Shown one piece after another: positions 42,391 through 53,926 of a stretch of 64,000 bases of DNA. The translations under genes were made by a program, and so were the position numbers. Positions within the stretch are counted from its first letter, which is position 1, and every line of letters starts with the position of its first letter. The stretch is taken from contig NZ_JAAHHW010000027.1 of NCBI RefSeq assembly GCF_010692325.1, positions 2,640 to 66,639 on the forward strand, given 5' to 3'. This stretch comes from Moorena sp. SIO3I8. Lineage in GTDB: Bacteria > Cyanobacteriota > Cyanobacteriia > Cyanobacteriales > Coleofasciculaceae. The notes below the pieces were generated by a model. That model had not been told where the DNA came from, ran no database searches, and saw nothing but the letters and a program-made list of their open reading frames with translations.

Positions 42391-43005
42391 GTGCTGATGT
42401 CCAAGGTTTACAGCACACAGGAGCTAATCGAAATTTTGGCTCAAGAACGTCGTTCGTGCATGAATGGGCAACGTCTTAATCTGGCAGCTTCGGTGTCTGG
42501 TAACCCTGTGATTGATCGCTTTCTGAAACCGGAGGGAATTCAAAAGTTCAGTGCTTATAACGACTTTAAAGCCGCAGTTCACAGCTACCAACGGCAACAC
42601 CAAGTTTCAGGCATTATTTGGTGCGAACTGACTATGAAAGGAAAGACTCTACGTTATCCTGCTATTGACGAGCAGTTAGCCGCCCTAGACAGTGACCTGA
42701 AAATCCTTAAAGCTGCCAAAGCTGACCTCTTAGAGTTTTGGTATACAGGTATCCAAGGTATGGACTTATACCTAAGTATTAATTTTGGTAAAGACTATCA
42801 AAAAATTATGCCCAATGATGTAAAAGAGGTCGCCCAAAAAACCGAATGGGCAAATCTCTATGAATATAAGAATTACAACTTTTGGGAAATTATATTGCAG
42901 CTAGGTTGGGGGAAACCTGAGGAAGCATCCTATAAACGGGGATGGCCGACATCAGGAAGTGAGTACATTCATGCAGTTAATCCAGGCAAGTGCCCAATTT
43001 GTTGA
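42391..43005 (+). CDS. Hypothetical protein
   Basis: 204-aa ORF ending in CPIC. Confidence 0.45.
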   Translation: MLMSKVYSTQELIEILAQERRSCMNGQRLNLAASVSGNPVIDRFLKPEGIQKFSAYNDFKAAVHSYQRQHQVSGIIWCELTMKGKTLRYPAIDEQLAALDSDLKILKAAKADLLEFWYTGIQGMDLYLSINFGKDYQKIMPNDVKEVAQKTEWANLYEYKNYNFWEIILQLGWGKPEEASYKRGWPTSGSEYIHAVNPGKCPIC

Positions 43006-43076
43006 CCGCTATCGCTAGGTCGATGGGTTGTGGGGTGCATAAAGCAGTATGATAACTATACTAGGAGCGGTCAAAA

Positions 43077-43310
43077 ATGAAAGAACAAACTATTAATCAA
43101 GTTATTGATCAACAAATAGAAGAATTGGACTATTCAATTCGACAGGAATTAACCAAGCTTGGCAATCAAGCCGCAAAGATGGGTTTAATTGGTGGACATG
43201 GTTATTACTTAGGAAGGTACGAAATCCTATGCAAAGGTCAAATCTTCACTCTTTCACCAGAAGAAGCTTACTCTTACCTAAAAAAATTGGTAGCACAACA
43301 CCAAAGATAA
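43077..43310 (+). CDS. Hypothetical small protein
   Basis: 77-aa ORF. Confidence 0.35.
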   Translation: MKEQTINQVIDQQIEELDYSIRQELTKLGNQAAKMGLIGGHGYYLGRYEILCKGQIFTLSPEEAYSYLKKLVAQHQR

Positions 43311-43383
43311 TTGGTAAACTATGAAGTGTGAAGGATGAAGGATGAATTATGAAAATTTATCCTTCATCCTTCATCCTTTGAGA

Positions 43384-44256
43384 TTACCAGCGTGCCTGGG
43401 AACCAGACCAAATGTGTTCTACTGATTCACCATAAACCATAGGTTCATCCTCAAAGGTAAGAGCAGTGTAACCATTGGGTTCAACAGACCACATTGGCCA
43501 ATACTCATTGCCCAACTCACCAGCCTGAAATAGCACTTGATTTGGATTAGCTTGACTCCAGCCTAGCAACAGTGCATTAGTATAATGAATGCGCTTAGGA
43601 GCCAAGGTGGTGACAGTATTTTGGTTCCGATCCCAAATTACTGCGTAATCAGAACCACCTGAGGTATTAAAAAAACCTTCAAATTGTCGCCCTAGAAGGC
43701 GATCGCTTGACTCTGTCCAAGACACGGGAATCAGAATAGCGATCGCGCCGCTTAATTTATCATCATTATGATGGTTAGCTAAGGGAGAAGATGCAGTGAT
43801 GATGCGCAAATGTCCAGTCTGCAAATTTTCTATAAACATCACACTACTGATGCGGCTGCGGTATAGTTCCGGCTGTCCTTGTAGTTGAATGCGACTATAG
43901 GCAGCATACTTGCCATCAGGAGACACTAGTGATTGGCTGCGATAGTACCTAAACCCAAAACTCTGATTAGCAACCAGTTCAGCATGGGTTTCCAAGACCC
44001 AATTCCAAGGAATAGGATAAGGGCTATTGAGTGGGTCACTCTGAACGTATGGTTCGGTTAGATCAGGTTTGATAGCTTCTGTTACTTCCCTTAAAGGCTG
44101 GGAAGATAGCACCGATGATTGACTGGCTACTAAGGATTCATTAGCCTTGGCTTTCTCGGCATATAGGCTAGATGTTATCAACATCAAAGTTGCTAACAAC
44201 AGTCCTAGTGGTTGATTTTTAAGCCATCCTGCTAAACTCAATTGCCTTTTCAACAT
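43384..44256 (-). CDS. Hypothetical secreted protein
   Basis: 290 aa with a signal-peptide-like N-terminus (LLLATLMLITSSLYA). Confidence 0.5.
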   Translation of the reverse strand: MLKRQLSLAGWLKNQPLGLLLATLMLITSSLYAEKAKANESLVASQSSVLSSQPLREVTEAIKPDLTEPYVQSDPLNSPYPIPWNWVLETHAELVANQSFGFRYYRSQSLVSPDGKYAAYSRIQLQGQPELYRSRISSVMFIENLQTGHLRIITASSPLANHHNDDKLSGAIAILIPVSWTESSDRLLGRQFEGFFNTSGGSDYAVIWDRNQNTVTTLAPKRIHYTNALLLGWSQANPNQVLFQAGELGNEYWPMWSVEPNGYTALTFEDEPMVYGESVEHIWSGSQARW

Positions 44257-44733
44257 TGATTGGTTTTTCAGTTACTAATTAGCGTTTCTAGTTAGAGGAG
44301 CAACCCCAAGAAACTAGAATATAGTTCCTTAAATTTAAATTTAAAAGGTTAAAAAGTGATCAACTACCCCGTCCGACCCTGAATTACGAACCGGGTTTCT
44401 TACACTTCGACTCAGTCAGTTGGCTAAACCCTCCACTATCAAGCTACCGAAGGCAGACAAAGAAAATAAGCCAGGGAAAAATAAAAAATTAACACTCTTT
44501 CCTTCCCCTAAGAGGTCTTGGCTGAAGTGGGTAGCCCTCACACAAAAGTTGTCAGGCTTGACATTGGAATTAACTGGTTGGTTTGGAGGTTTTAGTGTTA
44601 TGATAGCCATTTGGAATTCAACCTTGTTTTTTTGAATTCTTCTATAATGTTAAATACCCGCGTTTGACCCCTAACGGAGTACAATTGGAGCATCCTGCCT
44701 CATTATGTTGAAGGATATCTAACAAAATTCGGT

Positions 44734-45597
44734 GTGACTCAACCCGCTACTTCCAACACCAATACCAGACCTGAAACCTCAATAAGTATACTGAACTGCC
44801 TACTAATCTTAATTTTCAGGCTACTACTGCTAGGCGTAGGGAGTGGCTTGGCCGTGATATTTGGCATTGTTGTTGCCAATGCTTACCCTAACCCGAATCC
44901 AGAAAAACCCCTGATCTTAAAATTACTGGAGCATCTGGATAACAAGCGAGAATCAACGTTTCTCAATTTTAGTTCAATTCGGGAACCAACGGAAGCCAAT
45001 CTACTAAAACAATTGACACCGGTTCAAAGAGTCCAGGTCAAAGCTCAGCTAAGTGAGTTAGACAAGCGACTGAAGAGATTGAGTGAGGAGGTGACAATGT
45101 TGGAAACTCAATTGGGAACCTCGGGAGGGAATGAATCTGTTGAAAGGCGCATCCAAGGGATCACTTTGCTTCTGAAGGAACCATCGACTTCAAGTAGCAA
45201 TGCTGCATTAGTTGGTAATAGCAATGGTAATCGACTAGCTGCCTCGGCTGCCGATAAGTTGAAAGTCACATTGCCCAGTGATATTTTATTTCAGGAAAGT
45301 AAAAGTACGTTACGTCCAGAAGCAGGTTTGATCCTAGACAAAATTGTCACAGATTTGCAAGCCTATCCTGGTAGTACAATCCGAATTGCTATCCACACCG
45401 ACAACCCCCGCGAAGCCAAAGAGAATCGAAACCTTTCATTTGAGCGTGCTAAAGCAGTTCAGCAGTATCTTAGTAGCGCTTTAGACGATTCATACCGTTG
45501 GCTGATTATTGGCTACGGAGAAACTCGTCCTCTGGTAGCTAATGATACTGAGGTTAACCAGCAACGCAATCGTAGGGTGGAAATTGCTGTGGATTAG
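44734..45597 (+). CDS. OmpA/MotB-domain protein with N-terminal TM helix and coiled-coil
   Basis: C-terminal OmpA-like peptidoglycan-binding motif ...ERAKAVQQYL...NRRVEIAV. Confidence 0.8.
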   Translation: MTQPATSNTNTRPETSISILNCLLILIFRLLLLGVGSGLAVIFGIVVANAYPNPNPEKPLILKLLEHLDNKRESTFLNFSSIREPTEANLLKQLTPVQRVQVKAQLSELDKRLKRLSEEVTMLETQLGTSGGNESVERRIQGITLLLKEPSTSSSNAALVGNSNGNRLAASAADKLKVTLPSDILFQESKSTLRPEAGLILDKIVTDLQAYPGSTIRIAIHTDNPREAKENRNLSFERAKAVQQYLSSALDDSYRWLIIGYGETRPLVANDTEVNQQRNRRVEIAVD

Positions 45598-45705
45598 TCA
45601 TTAGTTATAAGGTTAGAAGGTTATTTGGTTGAAAGTTATTTGGTTGTTTCCCTTGGGCGTCCCTTGTAGGGTAGGTTGAAGATTAGAGCCTTAACAACTC
45701 AAATC

Positions 45706-45836
45706 TGGATGTATAACCAGCTAACTTTCAACCAGCTAACCTTCAACCAGCTAACCTTCAACCAGCTAACCTTCAACCAGCTAACCTTCAACCAGCTAAC
45801 CTTGGCCAAAAGGCCACGCTACGCGAACAACCCATT
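45706..45836. repeat. MITE-like repeat copy: 15-nt tandem unit ccagctaaccttcaa x6 followed by the inverted core cttggccaaaaggccacgctacgcgaacaacc
   Basis: Read directly; same family as 4843-5000 and 29676-29935. Confidence 0.75.
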
Positions 45837-45855
45837 AGTCATTGGTAATTTCTAG

Positions 45856-46857
45856 ATGCGAGTTGTATTCTTTGGTACTCCCCAATTTGCTCTACCTTGT
45901 TTGGAAGGTTTGTTGAACCATCCTGAATTTGAGGTGGTGGGTGTGGTAACTCAGCCAGATAAGCGTCGAGGACGTGGTAACCAGCTGATTCCTTCCCCAG
46001 TGAAATCAATAGCATTAGCACATAAACTACCAGTTTGGCAACCGCAGCGCCTGAAAAAGCATAGGGAAACCCTAACTCAGCTAAGGCAGGTAAAGGCTGA
46101 TGCTTTTGTCGTGGTTGCCTATGGGCAGATTCTCTCCCAAGAGATTCTGGATATGCCTACGGTAGGTTGTATCAATGTACATGGCTCAATTTTGCCTAAG
46201 TATAGGGGAGCAGCTCCGATCCAGTGGTGTCTTTATAATGGTGAAGCCCAAACGGGCATCACAACGATGTTGATGGATGCTGGAATGGATACTGGAGCAA
46301 TGCTCTTGAAAGCATATACACCAATTAGACTATTGGATAATGCCGAGGATTTGGCACAAACTCTGAGCAATTTGGGAGCTGATTTGCTGATTGAAACCCT
46401 CCTCAAGCAAGAGTTACAGGACATCCAACCAATTCCTCAAGATGACTCATTGGCTACCTATGCACCACTGATTCAAAAGTCAGATTATGGCCTAGATTGG
46501 TCACGCTCTAACTTGGAGTTACACAATCAGATCCGGGGATTTTTCCCGAACTGCGTCACCTCATTTCGGGGTAAATCTCTGAAAATCAGTGCCACTGTTC
46601 CCTTAGATTCGGCTTACTTATCCGAGTTGCCTTCACAGTTAAAAATGCGATCGCAGGAGTGGTCTACTCTTGATGTTGGTTCAGGTCGTCCTGGAGAAGT
46701 TGTAAAGATTGCGAAGGGAATCGGTCCAATTATTCAAACTGGAAAGGGACTGTTGTTGTTGCAGCAAGTGCAACTAGCTGGCAAACGTGCTCAATCGGCT
46801 TGGGATTTTGCCAATGGTATGCGTTTAGAAGTAGGAGAAGTTCTAGGTAATGGTTAG
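45856..46857 (+). CDS. fmt: Methionyl-tRNA formyltransferase
   Basis: [20 protein letters not shown]...[15 protein letters not shown]...[16 protein letters not shown] signature. Confidence 0.9.
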   Translation: MRVVFFGTPQFALPCLEGLLNHPEFEVVGVVTQPDKRRGRGNQLIPSPVKSIALAHKLPVWQPQRLKKHRETLTQLRQVKADAFVVVAYGQILSQEILDMPTVGCINVHGSILPKYRGAAPIQWCLYNGEAQTGITTMLMDAGMDTGAMLLKAYTPIRLLDNAEDLAQTLSNLGADLLIETLLKQELQDIQPIPQDDSLATYAPLIQKSDYGLDWSRSNLELHNQIRGFFPNCVTSFRGKSLKISATVPLDSAYLSELPSQLKMRSQEWSTLDVGSGRPGEVVKIAKGIGPIIQTGKGLLLLQQVQLAGKRAQSAWDFANGMRLEVGEVLGNG

Positions 46858-47226
46858 TTAGTTAGTTGCGGTTTTCAAGGGTTCGTAAAAGCGGCAAGAA
46901 TCACATGGTCCGTCTGGATTGACTGCACAACGAATCAATTCAGAGTGAGCATTGAAATAACAGCTGGCATCCCCAATCACCCAACGCCCCTGGAGCAGGC
47001 TTTTTTCACTAGGGTGTCCAGAAGACTGCACATACAGAGCAATTTTATGCAAACGATAGCGCCCTGACTTAAGACAGTAGCGGTGGCGGCGCTCTAAAAC
47101 TGTGTAGGTTTTACCTTTAAAGTCGAGATAGTTACCGGGTTGAGGTATCCAATCCAGTTGAACATTGCCAATGGTCTGAAGCGGGTGCGTCAAAATTAAC
47201 TCCGTGGGTAGAGAATCAGGCTCCAT
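46858..47226 (-). CDS. Hypothetical Cys-rich protein
   Basis: 122-aa ORF directly abutting the fmt stop codon on the opposite strand. Confidence 0.4.
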   Translation of the reverse strand: MEPDSLPTELILTHPLQTIGNVQLDWIPQPGNYLDFKGKTYTVLERRHRYCLKSGRYRLHKIALYVQSSGHPSEKSLLQGRWVIGDASCYFNAHSELIRCAVNPDGPCDSCRFYEPLKTATN

Positions 47227-47974
47227 AGTGCTTATTGTTAATCACGCTACATTTGGATGGTATCGCAGGCTGTGGGCTGACTATCTAGCCCAACAGAATT
47301 CTACATAGAATTGTCTGGTTAAGTACAACACACTGGCGCTCTTCTTGAAGACTGGATTGATCAACGAAGTGATTAACCGAACTTGATATTACCCATATTG
47401 GGAAATTGGTCATTGAGCAAAAAATGCCTTAAATTCGTGATTGGGGTGCATAAAGTTGGGAATGCGCGCAAGTTAATTCTGTAGTCAGCTTAAAAGACTG
47501 TCAGATTAAAAGACTATCGTTTCTGTTCTCTTCGTTCCATTAGCAGTTTCTACTTGTTTGCCCAAAACCCCATGACAGCAGTTAGTCCTGTGGTGTGAAA
47601 TTCATCCAATGTTGAACCAAAAGCCGAGGCTACCAACCTTGTAACATCCTTGAGTTGCAATGTTGGTGGCTTGGGGGTAGAACTGGTGGAGTTGTTCATG
47701 GACCTGGATCAATTCACCAACTGACATTGTCTGCCAAGGACTTGAAAAATTTTCCAGCTATACCCCCATCAAAAATGCATTTACAACAAAGAACAAAGTA
47801 TGAACATCTCTGGTATTTTACCGAGGACTAACGCACTTGCTTGCCTCGACGGCTTTTTCAAGTCAGAAACCCATGGGCGTTTCGCCGACAACAAAGGAAT
47901 GAAAATCTCTCTTCCCTATTCCCTATTCCCTATATTCAGATTAGCTTAATGCACTATATTCGTGTTTTAGATAT

Positions 47975-50197
47975 ATGAAGTTATTCTTTGGTCGCCGCTC
48001 ATCTCCTGTTGTCGAGCCTACTCAGGAAAAAACTTCAGGTTTGGGAACATTCGGTGGGGTCTATACTCCGTCGATTCTCACCATCCTGGGGGTTATTATG
48101 TACCTGCGCTTTGGTTGGGTACTTGGTAATGTTGGTTTAGTGGGTACCCTCATCATTGTTACCCTCTCCACCAGTATTACCTTTTTGACGGCTCTGTCTA
48201 TTTCTGCGATCGCAACTGACCGCATTGTTAGGGCTGGTGGTGCGTATTACATGATTAGCCGTTCCCTAGGAATTGAAACTGGCGGTGCCGTAGGAATTCC
48301 CCTTTACTTTGCCCAAGCTCTCTCAGTCGCCTTATACACTATTGGTTTTGCCGAGAGCGTAGTTCAGACCTTTCCCCAGCTCAACCAGCTTTATGTAGCG
48401 CTAATTACTACTATTTTAGTGGCAATACTGGCTTTGACTTCCGCTAGCCTCGCCATCCGCATTCAATACTTTATTATGGCTGCGATAGTGCTATCCCTGA
48501 TTGCTCTATTCGTCGGTAACCATGATTACCCTTATGATGTAGCTAATATTGAGCTGTGGGTGACCTCCAAAGAATCCTTCTGGCGTGTCTTTGCTGTCTT
48601 CTTCCCTGCCGTGACCGGTATCATGGCTGGGGTGAATATGTCCGGTGATCTACGCAACCCGATCCGCGCCATTCCCATCGGTACTCTGGCAGCTGTAGGT
48701 ACAGGATATGCCGTTTATATGATCGTACCAATTATTCTATCAATGCGGGTAGGGGGAGATGCCCTAATTGCCAATCCTTTGATTATGACGCAGATGGCAT
48801 TTTGGGGTCCGGCAATCCTACTCGGGGTATGGGGTGCTACTCTCAGCAGTGCCTTAGGGAGTATTCTAGGGGCTCCCCGGATTTTACAGGCACTAGCTAG
48901 AGATGGAGTATTACCCCGTTGGATGCGATTTCTAGGTACGGGTAGTGGACGAGATGATGAACCACGGATTGGCACCGCTGTAACCTTGGGAATAGCTACT
49001 GCTGCAGTTTGCCTTGGTAAATTAGATATCATTGCACCAGTGCTAAGTATGTTCTTTCTGACCACCTATCTGGTGTTGAATGTAGCAGCTGGCATTGAGG
49101 GCTTTTTGCAAAGTCCTTCGTTCCGACCCTCCTTTAAAGTTAACTGGTTTCTGTCACTGTTAGGGGCATTGGGTTGCCTGATCGTGATGTTTTTGATCAA
49201 TGCCTTTGCCACAGTGGCAGCAGCTGTTATTGTCTTGGGGGTTTACCTTTGGCTACAGCAGCGGGAACTGCGCACAGCTTGGGGGGATGTACGCCGGGGG
49301 ATTTGGATGGCACTGTTGCGCACTGGTATTTTTCAGATTAGTCATCATCCTGATCCGAAAAACTGGCGACCCCACATCTTGGTGCTTTCGGGAGCTCCCA
49401 CTAAACGATGGTCTTTGATAGAGTTAGCCGATGCTCTGACCCATAATCGCGGTTTAGTGACCGTTTCGAGTATTTTACCCAGTAGTTCCCATAGTGTTGC
49501 TAAGCAGGCAAAGTTAGAACAAACCATCAGTGAGTATCTCGAACGGCGCAGTGTACAAGCTCTAGTGCGCTTGGTAACAGCACCGGATCCCTTTACCGGA
49601 GCCCGGCAACTGGTGGAAACTTACGGTATAGGACCACTAGTGCCCAATACAGTTTTACTCGGGGATAACGAAACCCTTAGCCGCCGCCAGCCTTACTGTC
49701 GCTTGATTACTCACATACACCAAGCAAAGCGTAATGTAGTGATTCTGCGGGAAAATCGGGAGCAGGGTTTCGGTAGTCGTCAACGGATTGATGTTTGGTG
49801 GGGCGGTAAGCAAGCCAATGGTAGCCTGATGTTGCTCCTCGCCTATCTATTGCGCAGCGACCTGAAGTGGCAAAATGCTGAGATTTACCTCAAGTTGGTG
49901 CTTCCTAATGAAATAGCAGCTCAAGCAGCACGGGCAAACCTAAGTAATTGGGTGAAACAGTTGCGGATGGGGGTTATTTGTCAGGTGCTCGTTTCCGAAG
50001 GGCGTTCTTTTAATACTATTCTTCATGAGTCATCGGCTGATGCTGACTTAATCTTTATGGGTATGGCTACACCAGACGATAAGTTTACTCAATATTACGA
50101 AAGTTTACAGCTAAAAACTGCTGGTCTTCCTACCATTGTCTTTGTACTAGCTGCCCCTGGGTTTGCTTTCCATGAAGTTCTTAGTGAAGATTTGTAG
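47975..50197 (+). CDS. APC-superfamily permease resembling cation-chloride cotransporters (SLC12-like) with a large C-terminal cytoplasmic domain
   Basis: 740 aa; ~12 TM helices followed by a ~280-aa soluble domain. Confidence 0.6.
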   Translation: MKLFFGRRSSPVVEPTQEKTSGLGTFGGVYTPSILTILGVIMYLRFGWVLGNVGLVGTLIIVTLSTSITFLTALSISAIATDRIVRAGGAYYMISRSLGIETGGAVGIPLYFAQALSVALYTIGFAESVVQTFPQLNQLYVALITTILVAILALTSASLAIRIQYFIMAAIVLSLIALFVGNHDYPYDVANIELWVTSKESFWRVFAVFFPAVTGIMAGVNMSGDLRNPIRAIPIGTLAAVGTGYAVYMIVPIILSMRVGGDALIANPLIMTQMAFWGPAILLGVWGATLSSALGSILGAPRILQALARDGVLPRWMRFLGTGSGRDDEPRIGTAVTLGIATAAVCLGKLDIIAPVLSMFFLTTYLVLNVAAGIEGFLQSPSFRPSFKVNWFLSLLGALGCLIVMFLINAFATVAAAVIVLGVYLWLQQRELRTAWGDVRRGIWMALLRTGIFQISHHPDPKNWRPHILVLSGAPTKRWSLIELADALTHNRGLVTVSSILPSSSHSVAKQAKLEQTISEYLERRSVQALVRLVTAPDPFTGARQLVETYGIGPLVPNTVLLGDNETLSRRQPYCRLITHIHQAKRNVVILRENREQGFGSRQRIDVWWGGKQANGSLMLLLAYLLRSDLKWQNAEIYLKLVLPNEIAAQAARANLSNWVKQLRMGVICQVLVSEGRSFNTILHESSADADLIFMGMATPDDKFTQYYESLQLKTAGLPTIVFVLAAPGFAFHEVLSEDL

Positions 50198-50390
50198 TAT
50201 ACCAACAGCAATTTAAAATTGTTAATTGCCAATTGACTATTACGATCAAGTCCGATTAATCAGTTATCAAAGCGATGCAGCGCGGTCTTGGGGAGGCAGC
50301 GCGGTCTTGGGGGTTCCCCCCATGAGCGACTGCCGTGGTTTCCCCCATGAGCGACTGCATCAAGACATAGTCTTGGGATTTTTGGTAATG

Positions 50391-50450
50391 GGTAATAGGT
50401 AATTGGTAATCATCAACTACCAATTACCTATTAGCTATTACCTATTACCA
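50391..50450. terminator. Long AT-rich inverted repeat (ggtaataggtaattggta / taccaattacctattagc) between convergent genes
   Basis: ~18-bp-arm hairpin read directly. Confidence 0.4.
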
Positions 50451-50482
50451 GATACAAACGCTATACCATGAATTGGAAATGC

Positions 50483-50932
50483 TTAATTTTTTGGTGGCAG
50501 TTTAACAATACTTAGCCAGAAATTTTCAATTGACTTCAATACTTTGACAAACTGCTCTAATTCAAGGGGCTTAGTGACGTAGGCATTGGCGTTTAGCTTG
50601 TAGCTTGTGAGGATGTCCTGGTCAGAATCTGAGGAGGTGAGAATAATCACGGGAATCAGACTCAATTTTGGATCAGATTTGATCTGTGCTAACACTTCAC
50701 GACCATCCATCACTGGTAGATTCAAATCCAGCAAAATTACGTCGGGACGGGGTGCCTTAGTATAAGGGGACTCTCGACGTAGAAATGCCATAGCTTCCTT
50801 ACCATTGCTAAACGTCTGCAGATTGTTGCGGATATTGCTATTTTTCAAAGTAGCTTTGGTCAGGTCTACGTCACCATGATTGTCTTCCACTAGCAATATT
50901 TCAATCCGCTGAATAGCATTTCTATCATTCAT
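50483..50932 (-). CDS. Single-domain CheY-like response regulator (receiver domain only)
   Basis: [10 protein letters not shown]...[12 protein letters not shown]...ANAYVTKP receiver motifs. Confidence 0.85.
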   Translation of the reverse strand: MNDRNAIQRIEILLVEDNHGDVDLTKATLKNSNIRNNLQTFSNGKEAMAFLRRESPYTKAPRPDVILLDLNLPVMDGREVLAQIKSDPKLSLIPVIILTSSDSDQDILTSYKLNANAYVTKPLELEQFVKVLKSIENFWLSIVKLPPKN

Positions 50933-51538
50933 AATTACTAAAAACTAGTTTTTTATGTTGAGATTAAATTAATCAAAATACCTGGATTTTAGACTTGATT
51001 TTTTCTAAAATTAATACCACATATACTTATCGATATTCATTGGTTCGTTATCAGGTTTAATCGTTACTCATAATACCCTTCGTTATTATAGATTAACCAT
51101 TACCAAATTTGAGAATTAATATGTGGATAATTTTTATAAAATTAATAAGTGCGAATATATTCAATATTTTTAATCCTAAATTAATAAGTATTGGTTCAAA
51201 AAAGCTTAGCTGATTAAGGAGAAGATAAAAATGCTCTCCACTTAAAGACGGGAGAGTCGATGGTAAATGATAAACGGTGATGGCTATAAAATTGGTATAA
51301 TTACCCATTAATCATTACCCATGACCTATTATCCTTTATCCGTAACGATAACCCTTTAAGGGATTAGCAGTTAAGCAGATAGTTGTCATCCTACCCTCCG
51401 GATTTTGGGCAAGTATTAAAACTATCTCTTGACTTTGGGTAATAATCTATCCATCAGTACCTATCAATGTATAAAAATTATGATGAAATTATAGATAGTA
51501 TTTTTACGGATTTTTTTTTAGCTGTGCCAGAATCTAAG

Positions 51539-53539
51539 ATGCTATTTAACCTCGAAGCCCCTTTTAAACCAACAGGGGACCAACCCCAAGCTATTTCCCA
51601 ACTCACCACTTACCTCAAGGCTGGCAACCCTATCCAAACTCTACTGGGTGCTACGGGGACAGGTAAGACTTTCTCCGTGGCATCGGTAATTGAAAAAGTC
51701 GGCAAACCTACCCTAGTACTTGCCCACAACAAAACCTTGGCTGCCCAGTTATGTAACGAATTGCGGGGGTTTTTTCCCCATAACGCGGTGGAGTATTTCA
51801 TTTCCTACTATGATTACTACCAGCCGGAAGCTTATATCCCGGTCACTGACACGTACATCGAGAAAACCGCTTCAATTAATGATGAAATTGATATGCTGAG
51901 GCACTCAGCTACGCGATCGCTTTTTGAACGGCGGGATGTAATTGTGGTGGCTTCCATTAGCTGTATCTATGGCTTGGGTATCCCCTCAGAATACTTAAAA
52001 GCCTCGATTCCTCTGCGGGTAAATACCGAAGTTGACCAACGCCAACTCTTACGGGATTTAGTCTCAGTACAGTATTCCCGGAATGATTTAGAATTGGGAC
52101 GCGGACGGTTCCGGGTGAAGGGGGATGTATTAGAAATTGGCCCGGCTTATGAAGACCGAATTATTCGGGTAGAATTCTTCGGAGATGAAATTGATGCTAT
52201 TCACTACGTTGACCCAGTTAGCGGTGGAATTTTCCAAAGTGTAGAGGGAGTCAATATTTACCCTGCTCGTCACTTTGTTACTCCCGATGAACGGTTGGAA
52301 GAAGCTTGTAATGCTATTAAGGCAGAACTTGAGGAACGTTTGGCTCAATTGGAGCAAACTGGTAACTTGCTAGAAGCGCAACGGTTGGAACAGCGTACCC
52401 GCTATGATTTGGAAATGTTGCTCGAAATTGGTTACTGCAATGGTGTGGAAAACTATTCTCGTCACTTGGCTGGACGCCAGCTTGGGGAACCACCAGAGTG
52501 TTTGATTGATTATTTTCCCGAAGATTGGCTTTTGGTAGTGGATGAATCCCATGTTACGGTGCCGCAAATTCGGGGAATGTACAATGGCGATCGCGCTCGA
52601 AAGCAAGTGTTGATTGACCATGGCTTTCGCTTACCCAGTGCAGCAGATAATCGACCCCTGAAGGCAGAGGAATTCTGGGCAAAGGTGAATCAGTGTATTT
52701 TTGTCTCTGCTACTCCTGGGGATTGGGAGATGGAACAATCTCAAGGACGAGTCGTGGAACAGATCATTCGTCCTACCGGAGTGCTTGACCCAGAAATCTT
52801 TGTTCGTCCTACAGCAGGTCAAGTCGATGATTTGTTGGCTGAGATTAAGCAGCGGGTGGATTGTCAGGAAAGGGTGCTGATAACAACCTTAACCAAGCGC
52901 ATGGCTGAGGATTTGACAGACTATCTGCAAGAACGGGATATTCGAGTAAGCTACTTACACTCGGATATTAACTCTATTGAACGGATTGAAATCTTGCAGG
53001 CGTTGCGCCAGGGTGAATTTGATGTGTTGGTTGGAGTTAACTTGTTGCGAGAAGGGTTGGATTTGCCAGAAGTCTCTCTGGTAGCAATTTTGGATGCCGA
53101 TAAGGAAGGGTTCCTCAGGGCAGAGCGATCGCTTATTCAAACTATAGGCAGAGCAGCACGTCATGTCCGAGGGCAAGCCATTATGTATGCTGATACCTTT
53201 ACAAAAAGCATGAGAAAAGCGATTGATGAGACTAATCGCCGTCGTAAGATTCAAATTGAGTATAATATCAAAAATAACATTATACCACAGCCGATTCGCA
53301 AAACCGCAAACAACCCGATTTTGACATTTTTGGATGTCTCCCGACGGTTGAATTCCCAACAGTTGGAAGCGGTGTTTGAACAGGTGGATGATGTACCTTT
53401 GGAGAAGATTCCGGAGTTGATTAATCAGTTAGAAGAACAGATGAAGGAAGCAGCAAAGACCTTGGAATTTGAAACGGCAGCAAAGTTACGCGATCGCATT
53501 AAGCAGCTGCGGGATAAACTGCTAGGTAATCGAACTTAA
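51539..53539 (+). CDS. uvrB: Excinuclease ABC subunit B
   Basis: The ORF track starts at 51467. The family-typical start is [19 protein letters not shown] at 51539. Helicase motifs and a C-terminal UVR domain are present. Confidence 0.9.
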   Translation: MLFNLEAPFKPTGDQPQAISQLTTYLKAGNPIQTLLGATGTGKTFSVASVIEKVGKPTLVLAHNKTLAAQLCNELRGFFPHNAVEYFISYYDYYQPEAYIPVTDTYIEKTASINDEIDMLRHSATRSLFERRDVIVVASISCIYGLGIPSEYLKASIPLRVNTEVDQRQLLRDLVSVQYSRNDLELGRGRFRVKGDVLEIGPAYEDRIIRVEFFGDEIDAIHYVDPVSGGIFQSVEGVNIYPARHFVTPDERLEEACNAIKAELEERLAQLEQTGNLLEAQRLEQRTRYDLEMLLEIGYCNGVENYSRHLAGRQLGEPPECLIDYFPEDWLLVVDESHVTVPQIRGMYNGDRARKQVLIDHGFRLPSAADNRPLKAEEFWAKVNQCIFVSATPGDWEMEQSQGRVVEQIIRPTGVLDPEIFVRPTAGQVDDLLAEIKQRVDCQERVLITTLTKRMAEDLTDYLQERDIRVSYLHSDINSIERIEILQALRQGEFDVLVGVNLLREGLDLPEVSLVAILDADKEGFLRAERSLIQTIGRAARHVRGQAIMYADTFTKSMRKAIDETNRRRKIQIEYNIKNNIIPQPIRKTANNPILTFLDVSRRLNSQQLEAVFEQVDDVPLEKIPELINQLEEQMKEAAKTLEFETAAKLRDRIKQLRDKLLGNRT

Positions 53540-53926
53540 CTAAGAGTTTTTACACTAACAGGAGTTGGAGGAATTATTGGTTTAGGGCTATTGAGGCAAG
53601 CAGACACGCCCTAGAGTATGTGTTTAAAGTAAATTATATATAGTTTAATATGTAAAGTCAAGTATGTAAAGTTTTGTGACAAAAACCAACAATCTGCATA
53701 AAAGGGAGGCATTAGCCCTGATAAATACATAGTTTAAAGGAAACTGAGATGATCGATATTTCTCTAAAATTAAATAAAGTGTCCTCATCCCAAGGGGGAT
53801 TTCTCCCAAAGAATGAAGCAATAGAGCTTTGATACCAAATCCGCTCTAGTAACCCTCTGTTCAATCTAGGTCTACTTTCTTGAAAAGGGTGTATTCGACC
53901 CAGATTCCCTATGAATTATATAATTT

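Noticed and set aside
45713-45805. Possible CRISPR array or minisatellite (ccagctaaccttcaa x6)
   Set aside because: Perfect head-to-tail 15-mers with no spacers; part of the same dispersed repeat family.
48715-49527. Minus-strand ORFs inside the permease gene
   Set aside because: Antisense shadows with no motifs.
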